A stretch of DNA of 64,000 nucleotides from IMG/VR virus record IMGVR_UViG_3300036766_000194, positions 1 through 64,000 of that record; one strand, 5' to 3'. Each line of letters begins with the position of its first letter. Positions within the stretch are counted from its first letter, which is position 1. Both the position numbers and the translations under genes were made by a program. The notes below the pieces were generated by a model. That model saw only the letters and a program-made list of their open reading frames with translations. It was not told the DNA's origin and did no database searches. Positions 51,378 through 62,700 of the stretch are shown here, piece by piece.

Positions 51378-51415
51378 TCAATCTTCCCCTCTTTAGAGAG
51401 GGAAAGTCATGATTT

Positions 51416-51568
51416 TTAGAGATTTTCTAACTTTCCTGTACGCATCTTACGACCCCAATTGTCTTTAGCACATTCATCGCAAAGGACAATAACACTATCG
51501 TCGTAGCACCGTTCTTGGACGGTTTTGTCTTGCTTGGCGCAATATTGGCACATCAGTTCTTCAGACAT
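51416..51568 (-). CDS. Small zinc-finger-like protein
   Basis: CQYC...LCDEC. Confidence 0.5.
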   Translation of the reverse strand: MSEELMCQYCAKQDKTVQERCYDDSVIVLCDECAKDNWGRKMRTGKLENL

Positions 51569-52505
51569 TATGTGTTCTAAGACGAGCAGCCTGTTCAATG
51601 GCATTCACTCTATTTATGTATGTATGTTTTGCCGCAACTTCATCCATTAATTCATGCAAATCCTTGAGTGGAATTTGAGGCAGCTGTTCTTTTGCTGTAT
51701 AGAATAATTGGCGTGAATCTGAGTTGAAGATTAGACGGTCTTCAAAAACTGCATTAACATGTTTGGATGTTGTCACTCCATATTGACCATACGAGATATT
51801 CTTAAAGATTCGGCAAGGCGCATATCCTTGCATCTGAGAATTCGCGGGAATCGTTGGCGCGATATACGATTCCTGGACTAGTCTGATATTTTCTTCCAGA
51901 GTAACAGGAGGAGTACCAGAATAACCGCCTATAGCTCGGAACTCAATACCATTCTTTTGGCATTCATCAGCAAAAGGTGGAACGGTGCCACCGTTGTGTC
52001 GGGGTTCGTAAGTACCCACCCAATTGACCACTTTGCTTTCACTACGAAACACCCGATTGGGTTTGAGTGCTTCTATCTCGTGTGGAAGTAGATCAGTTGC
52101 CCATTGTATTTCCACCCCGTTTGGCGGGACAAAATAGGTGTTGATTGCAAGTTTGACGCAACCAGGCACACGGAGTTCACGATGTGTTCGTTCTTCTTCG
52201 TAATAATAGCACCAGAAATGGAGTTGAGGACAGTCTACAAGATATTCTCGGCACTTCGGGTCACCACCGTTGTAGTTAACATAAAGACAATCTTTACGCC
52301 GGGGGATATTAAGACATACATCATTTTCAGTTAGGAAGAGAGTGTTGGAAAAGTCAGAACCGTCATCTTCGTCAAGCCAGCGCACGTTCTTTCCCATGAA
52401 CTGAAGCGCCCTGTAGAACCCCGCGTGGATATAGGTGTGAGTATGCCAGTTATTCTTGAACCCCCAGATCACCCAGTTACAAGTGTCAAGGTTGAATTCA
52501 TTCAT
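51561..52505 (-). CDS. Putative glycosyltransferase
   Basis: HTH.YIH, WATDLLP.EI, PCRIFKNISYG, HTYINR; located in the sugar operon. Confidence 0.55.
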   Translation of the reverse strand: MNEFNLDTCNWVIWGFKNNWHTHTYIHAGFYRALQFMGKNVRWLDEDDGSDFSNTLFLTENDVCLNIPRRKDCLYVNYNGGDPKCREYLVDCPQLHFWCYYYEEERTHRELRVPGCVKLAINTYFVPPNGVEIQWATDLLPHEIEALKPNRVFRSESKVVNWVGTYEPRHNGGTVPPFADECQKNGIEFRAIGGYSGTPPVTLEENIRLVQESYIAPTIPANSQMQGYAPCRIFKNISYGQYGVTTSKHVNAVFEDRLIFNSDSRQLFYTAKEQLPQIPLKDLHELMDEVAAKHTYINRVNAIEQAARLRTHNV

Positions 52506-53028
52506 GTGTCCACCAATCTTCAAAAGGAGTACGATTTTGATTCGGTCCCCAAGCTGGAGCAAGAACATCTGGCTTGATTAAGGTATAACCCGCACCAGAT
52601 AGAAGTTCCCGTTCTTTACGTTTAATTTCAGGTTCGTTATCGTGTTCTATCGTGATGACGTGAAATGAAAATCCAGCTTCTAATAATGCTTTCATAATGT
52701 CAGGTTCTTCGTCCATTAGGTCTAATGAAAGAAAGTCAATGATGCTGCCCAAGCCTGCTGCGGTTAATTCAGTTTTCCAATCAATGGTTAGCGCGTTTTC
52801 GCAAATGGCGTGGGTTATCCGCGAAGTGTTAAATTTTGCAACAATTTCAGGATTGTAGTCTACGCCAACCCCATGCCAACCGATTAGTTCCAAGCCATAA
52901 GTATTGTTGCAATCAAAAGGATCACCACAACCAATGTCTAAGAATGTTCCAGTGGAAAGTTTATGAGCCTTCGCCCAATCGTAGGCAAAACGGTCTTGTT
53001 CAACTTCTCCAAATGCTTTGTAGTTCAT
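52498..53028 (-). CDS. FkbM-like methyltransferase
   Basis: FLDIGC.DP...NNTY.LE..GW.G, IDFLSLD, ITIEHD. Confidence 0.75.
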   Translation of the reverse strand: MNYKAFGEVEQDRFAYDWAKAHKLSTGTFLDIGCGDPFDCNNTYGLELIGWHGVGVDYNPEIVAKFNTSRITHAICENALTIDWKTELTAAGLGSIIDFLSLDLMDEEPDIMKALLEAGFSFHVITIEHDNEPEIKRKERELLSGAGYTLIKPDVLAPAWGPNQNRTPFEDWWTHE

Positions 53029-53831
53029 AAAGCTAAAACTTTCTTCAGCCATATAGTTTTTTTGGCATGATAGTCATTTGATTGATGATTCCAATTAGAA
53101 CCGCTCACATAGTGTAGAATGGTAGGTGTGGTTTCTAACCAGTATTTCATGTAATTAGCAGGGGCAAAATCTACTTGAGGGTCATCGTAAATGCGTTCTT
53201 CTTTGACGTGAAGTCTAGTTAATTCTGGATGTGCTCTTAGATAGCAAAAGGTCTGACCACCTACATCTACTGGGATGCCTTCGGCTTTTCCACACCACCA
53301 ATTAATGCTTTCTGGTTCTGGAATTTGGCTTAAATCAGCTAAGAAAAAACCGCTATGCATATGTTCTGCACTTCTACCTACCGGAGTGTTGGAACTCTGT
53401 GGAACATAGATTATTTGATACTTTTGCAGATAATCTGTCAAACGGACAGGAGTCATCAGAAACATATCTGATTCAATAAACAATATCGGACCTTTTTCTT
53501 TTACAATGTAATTGTCCCAAGCCCAAGCGAGCGGATATGCGCAAGCAATACACGCATTGTAATATTCACCTGCTGAGGTAAATAGGGGGCAGGCTTCAAA
53601 ACTTTGGTAGTGATCTACTGTGGTTTGTTCTTTAATAACATCAATCATTGGAAGTCCCAGCCGTTCACACTCTGAGCGAATTTGTTTGGCGATTTGTTTA
53701 TCGTTGAGATCAAAGTGTGCGTTGTTAAGAATGGTGAGTATAAAATCTTCTTGCAGATGTTTTTGAAAGGACTTTAGTTGTAATTCGATAAAATCCGGTC
53801 GCTTATGTGAGGAAGTATAGATCTTTAGCAT
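53025..53831 (-). CDS. Putative GT-A fold glycosyltransferase
   Basis: RPDFIELQ, FIESDMF, DVGG, LHY..GSNW. Confidence 0.5.
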   Translation of the reverse strand: MLKIYTSSHKRPDFIELQLKSFQKHLQEDFILTILNNAHFDLNDKQIAKQIRSECERLGLPMIDVIKEQTTVDHYQSFEACPLFTSAGEYYNACIACAYPLAWAWDNYIVKEKGPILFIESDMFLMTPVRLTDYLQKYQIIYVPQSSNTPVGRSAEHMHSGFFLADLSQIPEPESINWWCGKAEGIPVDVGGQTFCYLRAHPELTRLHVKEERIYDDPQVDFAPANYMKYWLETTPTILHYVSGSNWNHQSNDYHAKKTIWLKKVLAL

Positions 53832-53840
53832 CTTTGGTTC

Positions 53841-54506
53841 CTATTCGGTCAAACCCAATGAACGTAGTTTATTTCTCACATCCCAATACAAAGAGTTGCT
53901 TGTGGGCCATTCGGCATGGAACTCAACTTGCATTTGTTTGATATGATTTTTTAAAACTTCTGGTCCGGTGCTCATAATCACTTCGTGCTCTGCCCCTTCT
54001 ATATCCATTTTTACAAAATCCCAAATGGTGTCACCAAGAGCATCTGTAAGAGACACACAAGGTACCATAGTTGCGTCTGATATACCGCTTGTTTGAATTA
54101 GCCCATTACGACAAAAGTGTCCTCTTTCTGACTTGTGCCCACCACCTTGAAATTTTATTTCTCCTGTATATGTCCATATGGCCGCGTTGATGGCACTGAC
54201 CTTTAGACCAGTTTGCGTAAGCATATCGGTCAAGATTTTATAAGTTATAGGATCAGCTTCATAAGCAGTAACTTTAGCCCCATTAAGCGCCCAATACGCA
54301 GTAAGCAGCCCTGCGTTCGCCCCAATATCCAGGACGTTAGCTCCTGAAAATGGTTTGAAGTGTTGTTCATTATCGAGTATAAGAGTTTCTACGGACCATG
54401 GATTGTCTAAAGAGTCATGTTCATGTGTAAATTCAGGATGTTCCGAAGCCATTCGCGACCAGATCCTTAAACATGCTTCTTTGTGGGTTTCTTCTCTATC
54501 CTTCAT
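53841..54506 (-). CDS. FkbM-family methyltransferase
   Basis: VLDIGANAG, AYEAD, VKMDIEGAE, VEFH. Confidence 0.88.
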   Translation of the reverse strand: MKDREETHKEACLRIWSRMASEHPEFTHEHDSLDNPWSVETLILDNEQHFKPFSGANVLDIGANAGLLTAYWALNGAKVTAYEADPITYKILTDMLTQTGLKVSAINAAIWTYTGEIKFQGGGHKSERGHFCRNGLIQTSGISDATMVPCVSLTDALGDTIWDFVKMDIEGAEHEVIMSTGPEVLKNHIKQMQVEFHAEWPTSNSLYWDVRNKLRSLGLTE

Positions 54507-55866
54507 TGTTACCTTCTACATAAAATATTGTCTCTGTACATGCAGTGCCCCAAGCCTCGCCAACAATCGTCTCTTCTGTGTAACTTTGAAAATGCTTTGT
54601 CAAATCTTCTTTACGGAAAGAGAAAATCGGAATTCCAAATTCATCAAAACTTAGCAGCTGCGTTGTTTCTGCAAACGGGGTACAGATCACAATCGCGAGT
54701 TTCTTGCAAGATATCAATGCGTTTTTCAAGATAGCTTCCCACTCAAAATTATGTTCTAACACGTGGCGCAGAAGAATACCATAAGTGTTGGATTTGTGTT
54801 TTGCCAAGTCAGCGACTATATCGCAATAATCAGGTGTTCCATCCACCCCGGTATACTTATTTGTGACAAGTTTTTTCGCGTAAACTGTTCCGCAACCCCA
54901 ATCTTCCACTGGTCCGTGATCAATAAATGCTACAGATTTTCTATAGGTTTCTTCAACCCCATAGCACTCACCACCCATAGTGTCTTTTCTCGCCCCCATC
55001 CATCTGTTAAGCATGCTACGTTCCTCGGTAGGCCAGAGATCTGTGTGTAGGGTTCGCATTCTAGAAATCAATTCCTGTCGCTTTTTAGTTGCTTCTTGAA
55101 GCATAGACCCAGGCTTTTCTCGATAGTGAAAAAGACATTCAGGAAGAATTTTAATCTTATAACCTCGTTTCATAATGTCAAGCCAGAGATTCCAATCCTC
55201 ATAACCCGTTAAGTGCTTGTTATAACCACTTAAAGCCGGATTGTAGCCCCCAACTTCTTTCAACACTCCACGTTTAATCAAGGAGCAACAGGGAATATGA
55301 TTGTCTTCCATTAGCTGTTCAATAGTAGGTACCCATGTTTGCCACGTATAATCCCTAACACCAAACACAGCGGCCCAAGTTCCTACAACAGCCACGCGGT
55401 CTTTCATCAAGGGTACTACCTTACTCAGGTAATTTGATTCAATCCAATCATCGGCGTCAAGCGGGAGAATGAATTCGTGGAGTTCGGTAGAAGAAGCGTT
55501 GATCCCCGCATTTCGTGCTAAGGCAAGACCCATATTATTTTGTTTGAGGATTTTCATTTTTGGTGACCAATGAAGTTTCTCAGCAGCAGTTTGAGCTTCT
55601 TTTAAAGTCATGGGATTATCTTTATTTTTTTCTTCTCTATATTGTTGAGTGTAGTGAATTATCAGGGCATCAATAGTAGCCTGATAAACATATTCTATCT
55701 TTTTTAAATGAGACATGGCAACTTCGTAGGAATTATCAGTAGAACCATCATCAATGACAATTACTTCAACATTGGGATAGTCTTGACCGAGGGCTGATTC
55801 GATAGCCTGTGACAAATACTGTGCTTGATTGTAACAGGGAATGATAATAGATACCTTGTCTGACAT
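54496..55866 (-). CDS. GT2 glycosyltransferase fused to a methyltransferase-like C-terminal domain
   Basis: IIIPCYN, DDGSTD, LDADD, EDW. Tail VEDWGCG...RHVLEHN. Confidence 0.85.
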   Translation of the reverse strand: MSDKVSIIIPCYNQAQYLSQAIESALGQDYPNVEVIVIDDGSTDNSYEVAMSHLKKIEYVYQATIDALIIHYTQQYREEKNKDNPMTLKEAQTAAEKLHWSPKMKILKQNNMGLALARNAGINASSTELHEFILPLDADDWIESNYLSKVVPLMKDRVAVVGTWAAVFGVRDYTWQTWVPTIEQLMEDNHIPCCSLIKRGVLKEVGGYNPALSGYNKHLTGYEDWNLWLDIMKRGYKIKILPECLFHYREKPGSMLQEATKKRQELISRMRTLHTDLWPTEERSMLNRWMGARKDTMGGECYGVEETYRKSVAFIDHGPVEDWGCGTVYAKKLVTNKYTGVDGTPDYCDIVADLAKHKSNTYGILLRHVLEHNFEWEAILKNALISCKKLAIVICTPFAETTQLLSFDEFGIPIFSFRKEDLTKHFQSYTEETIVGEAWGTACTETIFYVEGNNEG

Positions 55867-56547
55867 TTATCGTTGTCCTCTCTTTTCTAATACCATAAAA
55901 ATGGGTTTGTATTGAGAAGCAGGCCAGCCGTAATTTCCTGTGTAACTCTCAGGATAGCAAAATGAAGGTGAAAGTACAAGAGCCGGAGGATGGTCAAATA
56001 AATAACGATTCAGATGGCTTTCATCATGCCAAACTGCGACAATGCCCTTGGCTTTGTCTGAGTCTACTCCTTGGCGAATCACTTCTGCCATCTTTAAATA
56101 GGCTTCGCTTGTTCCGCCGTTAAATCCCCCACAAAAGTATGTACACAGATGAGGTAGATAGGCAGCAGACTCAGGATTTCTTTCGGGTGAACCTTGCTGA
56201 TTTTGTACATGATATCCAGAATGAACCGTGGCTGTAATACCTTCTGAGAATATGTCTTCTTCTTCTACCGGAGCAACAAACAATGCGTCAGCATCGCCAT
56301 AAAAGATGTTATCGTATTTTGATAGTAAGTCTCGTTGGGATAGTACAATGTGGTAACGATAGAGTGTGGCATCCGGATAGCCTAGCGGCTCCTGTGTAAA
56401 CTGATAACACACATCAAAGGGTTCTTCTCTGTCCGTGAACAAGATAACGTCATGGGGCACAAAGAATTTCTTTGCTGAGGCAATTAGATCCTCTGCAAAT
56501 TTCCAGTATCGTGGTCTAGTTGCTATGATTATCAGAGCTGTACTCAT
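55867..56547 (-). CDS. GT6 (ABO-type) glycosyltransferase
   Basis: IIAT..Y, SAKKFF, LFTD, DAD, YFCGGFNGG, WHDESHLNRY. Confidence 0.88.
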   Translation of the reverse strand: MSTALIIIATRPRYWKFAEDLIASAKKFFVPHDVILFTDREEPFDVCYQFTQEPLGYPDATLYRYHIVLSQRDLLSKYDNIFYGDADALFVAPVEEEDIFSEGITATVHSGYHVQNQQGSPERNPESAAYLPHLCTYFCGGFNGGTSEAYLKMAEVIRQGVDSDKAKGIVAVWHDESHLNRYLFDHPPALVLSPSFCYPESYTGNYGWPASQYKPIFMVLEKRGQR

Positions 56548-57401
56548 AGCTTCAACCATCTTTCGGGAATAATGTCCATAGGGTCCGCCTCATCTGACCC
56601 GGCTACGAACCATGCTTTGGGCGCAATGATGATACGTTGTCCTAAAGTTTCTTTGGGCGATAGCCACGCGCCCCACCAAGAAAAGGTACTATTAGCAAGA
56701 ATACCATGATCACACAGACTCATCAAATACAAATCTTCCACCTCCCGTCCTTCATTGTTGCGGTGGATAATTCCGCTACTATCACAGATTCCGCTCATTG
56801 GATTACAATCAATCACGGTTGCATCTCTGTATTTCATGTTTTGTTTACACCAAGCAGCCTCGTCTGAGAACAGATAAAAATGGACATTTGAAATTTGTCC
56901 CCGGATAAGGTCCATTGCCGTTTTGTAATAGTTTTCGCCTAACTCTCCATGGAATACTCTGGCCCGTTGTGAAAGATTATCAGAACGTCTTATATGTAGG
57001 AAAGCTGATGGCCCTTGTTTGATCTTTTCTGCCACCTGTCTCGTTTCTTCGCTAAGTGGCATTCCTCGGAAAACTTCTGAACGAATTTTGTGTTGAACAC
57101 GTTTGAAGTATTGTTCACATTGCCAATATCCTTGTAGGAAAAGATCATTATCCATACCAAACTCTAGAATCTCTGGTTTGAAGCGAAGACTTCCTTCAAC
57201 AAATTTTGGACTCTCACACCGATGAACTAATTGTAAATTTGTTAATCCGAGTTTATCCAGCAGATAAACACGACCCATGTCATTATCAATCGCTGACATG
57301 TCATACTGAATGTCACCCGGCGCATTAATTTCCAATGAACGTCCAAGTGCATATTGGAACAATTGATTTCCAAGGCCTCCAGATAGTCCTATAGTTAACA
57401 T
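56544..57401 (-). CDS. GT11 alpha-1,2-fucosyltransferase
   Basis: GGLGNQLFQYA, GYWQ, LHIRR.D, FSDE..W, NSTFSWWGAWL. Confidence 0.92.
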   Translation of the reverse strand: MLTIGLSGGLGNQLFQYALGRSLEINAPGDIQYDMSAIDNDMGRVYLLDKLGLTNLQLVHRCESPKFVEGSLRFKPEILEFGMDNDLFLQGYWQCEQYFKRVQHKIRSEVFRGMPLSEETRQVAEKIKQGPSAFLHIRRSDNLSQRARVFHGELGENYYKTAMDLIRGQISNVHFYLFSDEAAWCKQNMKYRDATVIDCNPMSGICDSSGIIHRNNEGREVEDLYLMSLCDHGILANSTFSWWGAWLSPKETLGQRIIIAPKAWFVAGSDEADPMDIIPERWLKL

Positions 57402-57982
57402 ATGTTTCTCAAATCTTTAACTTGTGTGATTAGAATCGGGTTATTTGACTTATAGAAATTATAGCTTTGCACGATGTAGTCTGGAATTTCCTTGAAAAAG
57501 ATTCCTTCATTACCTAGAGTTTGACCTACCCATCTGTCTTCGGCCCAGTCGTTGATGGCAGCATCAATTAGGATCTTCATAGAACGTTCTGACAGCCAGT
57601 ATCCACCACCACTGGCATAATCAAATTTTATAGTACCAAGGGGAAGAGGAGGAATATTTAAATTGGGCATTCCCATGTCATTTTTGGGTATCCATATTCC
57701 CGCATAATCTTCATGAATAATTTTAAATCGTTCAACATTCAGGTAGGCATCATCGTCTAGTTTTAACAATCGTTTGTAACCGTGATCCAAAGCCCACTGA
57801 CATAAAGTCCTAACTTTTAAAGGGAGGGACATGTAGTCGTCGGGAACATTCAGTCTTTCACCATCAAATACTTCAACAGTATATCCGTATGCCTGCGCTT
57901 TAGGAATCCAGGTATCCTGTTGCGCCTGAACTCGGTGGGCATATTTCTTACAACTTACGATAGCAATAAGAGTATCACTCAC
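57395..57982 (-). CDS. GT31/Fringe-like glycosyltransferase
   Basis: DDYMSLPLK, LKLDDDAY, YASGGGYWLS, AEDRWVG. Confidence 0.7.
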   Translation of the reverse strand: MSDTLIAIVSCKKYAHRVQAQQDTWIPKAQAYGYTVEVFDGERLNVPDDYMSLPLKVRTLCQWALDHGYKRLLKLDDDAYLNVERFKIIHEDYAGIWIPKNDMGMPNLNIPPLPLGTIKFDYASGGGYWLSERSMKILIDAAINDWAEDRWVGQTLGNEGIFFKEIPDYIVQSYNFYKSNNPILITQVKDLRNIC

Positions 57983-58625
57983 CTAATAGTCCTGCGACCG
58001 TCGCCCAGGGAACAGGAGCATATTCTCTTCCTAACGATTTTTTACAGGCATTATTAGGATGAACTGACGCCACTATCAAGGTAGGATCATTAAGATCACA
58101 CCTTGATTCCTGAGGGATCTGTTTAAGAATGTTATAGTCTGCCCCTGCCAAAATACTATCAAAACGATTCCCTTCCCAATAAGATTTGCGTACCGCGATA
58201 CTCGCCATCCAACCGATAGTAGAAGGAGAAGTGTATTGAAAAGCTCTCTTATCTGGTGTGTAGTAGTACAGTGTGGTGGATCCGGTTATTTGGATAGAAG
58301 GATTTTCTATAAATGGAAGAATCTGACGAGAGATTCTGTTGGCAGCGTAAACGTCATCATCATCCCAGACTATCCCTATTTCTCCATTAGAAAGTTCAAA
58401 ACAACGATTCATTTTCTCCCCATGATTTCTCTTAGGAAGTTCATAGAAGTATTTAATTCGAGAATCGTCTGGAAGTAGATTTTTTATTGAGTCAGTGCCA
58501 TCATCAAGGATTACAAGTTCCACATACCAATCAGTAGGATATTGTTGGGATAAAAAACAAGAAATTGAACGAGGCACGAACTCTCGACGATTATAGGTTG
58601 GCATCAACGCTGATACAGTTACCAT
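57975..58625 (-). CDS. GT2 glycosyltransferase
   Basis: LMPTYNR, ILDDG, WDDDDVY...RI..Q. Confidence 0.88.
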   Translation of the reverse strand: MVTVSALMPTYNRREFVPRSISCFLSQQYPTDWYVELVILDDGTDSIKNLLPDDSRIKYFYELPKRNHGEKMNRCFELSNGEIGIVWDDDDVYAANRISRQILPFIENPSIQITGSTTLYYYTPDKRAFQYTSPSTIGWMASIAVRKSYWEGNRFDSILAGADYNILKQIPQESRCDLNDPTLIVASVHPNNACKKSLGREYAPVPWATVAGLLGE

Positions 58626-58672
58626 TCAATCACCCTCTTAACACATAGGATAGTATAAATACTCTTAAAATG

Positions 58673-58696
58673 AAAAAGCCTCCTATTGTAGGAGGC
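58673..58696 (-). terminator. Rho-independent terminator
   Basis: Minus strand gcctcctacaataggaggc followed by ttttt. Confidence 0.8.
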
Positions 58697-58721
58697 CTCT
58701 TCAAGAAATATTTATCCGGTT

Positions 58722-59123
58722 TTAGTTGGACATCACAACTGTTGCCATTGGGAGGTTCTCGAAGCAGGTAAGCGTCAAGGATCTGACATAGCTTGTGACA
58801 TTTGCTGGAGATCCAATAGCGTTATTGGCTACAAGGTTCATCCAGTAGATGAGTGCCACACCGCCATCAGCAGAAATTTCATAGGTGTTGGAGTTGGTAG
58901 TCGAACTAAGTATGGTTGCGTGAGTGCTCGGAGACGCGTTTGCCAGGACAACGAACTGAAAAATGTTGTTGTTGATAGAGATGGTTGGACACCCAACAAC
59001 GTACTGGTGGGCCTCAGCGGGGGATCCCGAAGTGTTAGCATTTTCGGCTATGTATTCGTTAACCAGTGCCGCACCGCCTGATGCAGAGATGTTAAAAAGT
59101 TTTCCAATGAATCCGTTTGCCAT
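58722..59123 (-). CDS. Hypothetical protein
   Basis: RBS aggag, downstream terminator. Confidence 0.7.
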   Translation of the reverse strand: MANGFIGKLFNISASGGAALVNEYIAENANTSGSPAEAHQYVVGCPTISINNNIFQFVVLANASPSTHATILSSTTNSNTYEISADGGVALIYWMNLVANNAIGSPANVTSYVRSLTLTCFENLPMATVVMSN

Positions 59124-59178
59124 GTATTTTCTCCTGGCGGTAATTTCCGCTCATTATGAAGTCTAGTATTAAGTGATT

Positions 59179-59541
59179 ATGGACGCAAACACCCTATGTC
59201 AAAAATTATATTCTTCTAAGTTTAACTTTTCCAATGAGTTAGAGCTACAACTTGGGATAGAACAACTTTTAATTTCTCTCCCCGTTCATTATCAAAAAGA
59301 AGTAATCTTCTCTCCAGAGGATAGAATAGACTTTTTAGTCGTTCTTGATACTGAAGTAAAAGTGGGGATAGAAGTCAAGGTAGACGGTTCATTAATTTCG
59401 GTGACTAGACAACTGTGGAGATATTCTCAGTCATCATTGGCCGATGTTCTGGTTTTAGTAACAACTCGAACCAAACATAGACATCAGCCTGTGGAAATAA
59501 ATGGGAAAACCATATTTGTCGTGGTCTTATGCTCCTTATGA
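59179..59541 (+). CDS. Small PD-(D/E)XK nuclease-like protein
   Basis: E...Q..I, DRIDF...IEVK, QLWRY. ATG 14 nt after AGTATTAA. Confidence 0.7.
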   Translation: MDANTLCQKLYSSKFNFSNELELQLGIEQLLISLPVHYQKEVIFSPEDRIDFLVVLDTEVKVGIEVKVDGSLISVTRQLWRYSQSSLADVLVLVTTRTKHRHQPVEINGKTIFVVVLCSL

Positions 59542-59697
59542 AAATCATAGATCTATCAGGACAACAATAAAGGCTACACAAAAGAAAACTGCACTGTTTG
59601 CTGTAAAACTTGCAACTATGCCAAAGGGAATCGTTATACCTTTGAAGAATGGGTTGCAATGACAAAAGCACTTCGAAAAGTAAGATCCAAGTTTTGA
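59538..59697 (+). pseudogene. Internally deleted HNH endonuclease remnant
   Basis: MKIIDLSGQ start joined out of frame to DNNKGYTKENCTVCCKTCNYAKG. Confidence 0.65.
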
Positions 59698-59738
59698 GCA
59701 GTATAAAGGAAGTCAGGATTTCAGGACCTTTGCAAATC

Positions 59739-62700
59739 ATGTCGAAAACCTACGGAACACTAGAATACGACAAGAAGAAACGGGTCTTCCTGATTGAGTG
59801 TGCTCCTCATGTTGCTATTAGGGTCAAGCGCGTATTCGCTAAGATAAACACTTACGAGTATGGTAAGCTGAAGTTATCTGCTACTCCTGAGAACGCCAGG
59901 GATCTTGAATGGTTCCTGGAACGCTATCCCATGGAAGTAAAGCACCCAGAAATTCTTAAGGAACTCGCCACCCAACAAAAAGAACGCGCCATCCTAGTTG
60001 AACAACTTTTGAATGGATATTCTGCTCGCCAATTCCCCTTGAAACTTCCAGCCCGAGACTATCAATCCTTGGCTGCTAATATGTGGTTAGTAGCAGGAGG
60101 ACTCCTTCTAGCGGACGATGTGGGTCTCGGGAAGGCTCAGACCCTTTCCGCTAAGATCCTCACTCCTACGGGATGGACTACCATGGGAGAAATTAAAGTG
60201 GGTGACGCCGTAGTCGATCCCGACGGCGGCATAGGGTATGTAGAGGGGGTGTATCCTCAAGGAGAGAAGGAAATCTTCCTCATGACAACTTCTGATGGGG
60301 TGGAAGTTGAGTGTTGTGACGAGCACTTGTGGTGGGTCCAAACTCACAATGACCGAATGCGTAATAGTTCGCGTGTTGTACCTTTGAAGGATTTTCGTAA
60401 TGATTTGTTTGGAAAGGAACACGATAGTTGCTGGCACGCCAAATGGTTTATTCCAGTAGTTCAACCTCTTGTTATGCAAAGAATTGAGTTTTCCTTTCCT
60501 CCCTACCTTTTGGGATGTCTTTTAGGAGACGGTTCCCTTAGGAACAGCATACAAACGTTGACCTGTTCGGAGTCTCAGATTATAGAAAAGATAAAGAAAT
60601 CACTTCCTTTGGATTTGCGGGTTAAGAATGCTAGCAACCCCATAGAATGGTCTTTTCCTAGAAAAATCTATAGCAACAAGCCGCACCCCTTTACAGTCCA
60701 ACTGCGCAAATGGGGTCTTTGGACAAAATACTCCTACGAAAAGTGGATCCCTCTCGATTGTTTCTTTTGGTCAGTGGAACATCGTATTGAACTTCTTCGT
60801 GGCTTAATGGATACCGATGGAGAATGTGGCAAATCCTATGGTGCGTATTTCTCTTCTACCTCTAAGCAACTCGCTGATGGATTGGCGGACTTAGTTCGTT
60901 CCTTGGGGGGACTAGCTAAAGTTAAGTATGTAGGGAAGGGAAACTATCGAAAGGAAGATGGTACTGTAAAGGTGTGTAGGGATTCTTGGAATGTCTCTGT
61001 TCAAACTTTATTTGTGCCTTTTCATTTGAAAAGAAAAACTGAACGTTGGCACAAGCCTAATATGGCTAGAGCGATAAAGAAAGTGGAGTCAATTGGTTAC
61101 AAAATCGCCAAATGTATCAAAGTTTCTACTAAGCGTCATTTATACATTACGGATGGATATCTTCCAACTCACAACACTTGCACAGCCATCGCAGGACTCA
61201 CGGACTCTAGGCTCCTCCCTTCCTTAATCGTATGTCCCACCCACTTACCCCCTCAATGGGAGAATGAGGTTCATAAGTTCACCGATCTTACGGTCCATCG
61301 TCTTCGTCAAGCCACTCCTTATGACATCACCAAATATACCAACGGTATATTCCCCGACGTGATAATTTCCAACTATCATAAATTGTCAGGATGGGCTGAG
61401 ACAATTGCTCCCTGCGTCAAGAGCATCATTTTCGATGAAGTTCAAGACTTACGTCATACAGGTTCTAACAAATATATGGCAGCTAAACACATAGCGGATT
61501 CATGTGAGTGGCGTCTGGGCCTCAGTGTGGGACCAGATTCTTTGTTGCTATTACGGGGTGGCCCCTTTGGGGGTGGGTGGCAGGGGACTATAGAACAGGC
61601 TTATCAGATGGTTTTAACTTCATCCAGGGTGATCTTGGAAGGTGGGTATAGTCTCCTACCTGTGAAACACTCGAATATAGAAAGTCGCGGTTGGGAACAA
61701 GATGGCTTTTGTTGGAAAACAGTTAAGACATTTATACGGCATAAGTGTGACAAGCCAGTCCGAGAAATAGAAGTAAGAGGTTCTCGTCTTCTCCTCACCG
61801 ATGATCACTCCTTGTTCAAAATTACTAAGGGGAAGATAGCATGTGTATCCAGTGAGCAGTTGAAACTTCATGACTGTTTGCCTTTGGATAATGGAAAGAA
61901 TTGGGAAATCGGGGCAAATAAAGAAGTCGTGTTAGATATTGCTTCTATCATAGATCCTCATAAAAAGGTTCAAGTCTTGGTGGACATTTCTGGTTTAACT
62001 CGTAAGGAGGTAGGTGTAAATCCTCAAAACTGGTATAATTTTAAGAAAGAAAGGAAATTTGGACCAAGAATACCGCTTAGATATTTTCTAACCCATCGTC
62101 GTAAATTACCAGCACCGCAAGGTTTATATTTTAGCCAAACTAGAGGCAAGGCTAGAGTGATTGGGAATCTGACTTTGCGGCTTAGTAATTGGGCCTATGT
62201 TTTGGGATTCTTTTTAGGGGCTGGTTGGCTTAATAGGGATAGCCGAGGTGTTATTACGAGTGTCAGCTTTTCTGTGGATGCACCTCATTACAAAAAATTG
62301 TGCACTGCCTTGGGAGCCATTAAAGAAACACCCCTGCGTATCCGAGAACGCTTCAGCACAGTTGCAATGGTTGAGATTGAGTGCGATAACAAATTCTTCG
62401 CAGAAATTTTGGCTTACGTTTTCAAGGGGGCAAAGAAATGTTGGGAAAAAGAACTTCCTACAGAATGGACAACTACTTGGTCCAGGAAAGCTCGTGAACA
62501 GCTATTGGAAGGACTTAGAGATTCAGACGGCGTAGCAGCTGGTTCTAATCCAACTACTAGTAGTGCCTATACAACCACTTCTCTGGCTTTAGCAAAATCA
62601 ATTCTTCTCTTGCTGAGGAGTCTAGGTATATCGGGGAGTTACAGTGAACACTCTCCGAGTCTTGGGGGGTGGGTTAAGGAAAAGGACGGTTCATTACGTC

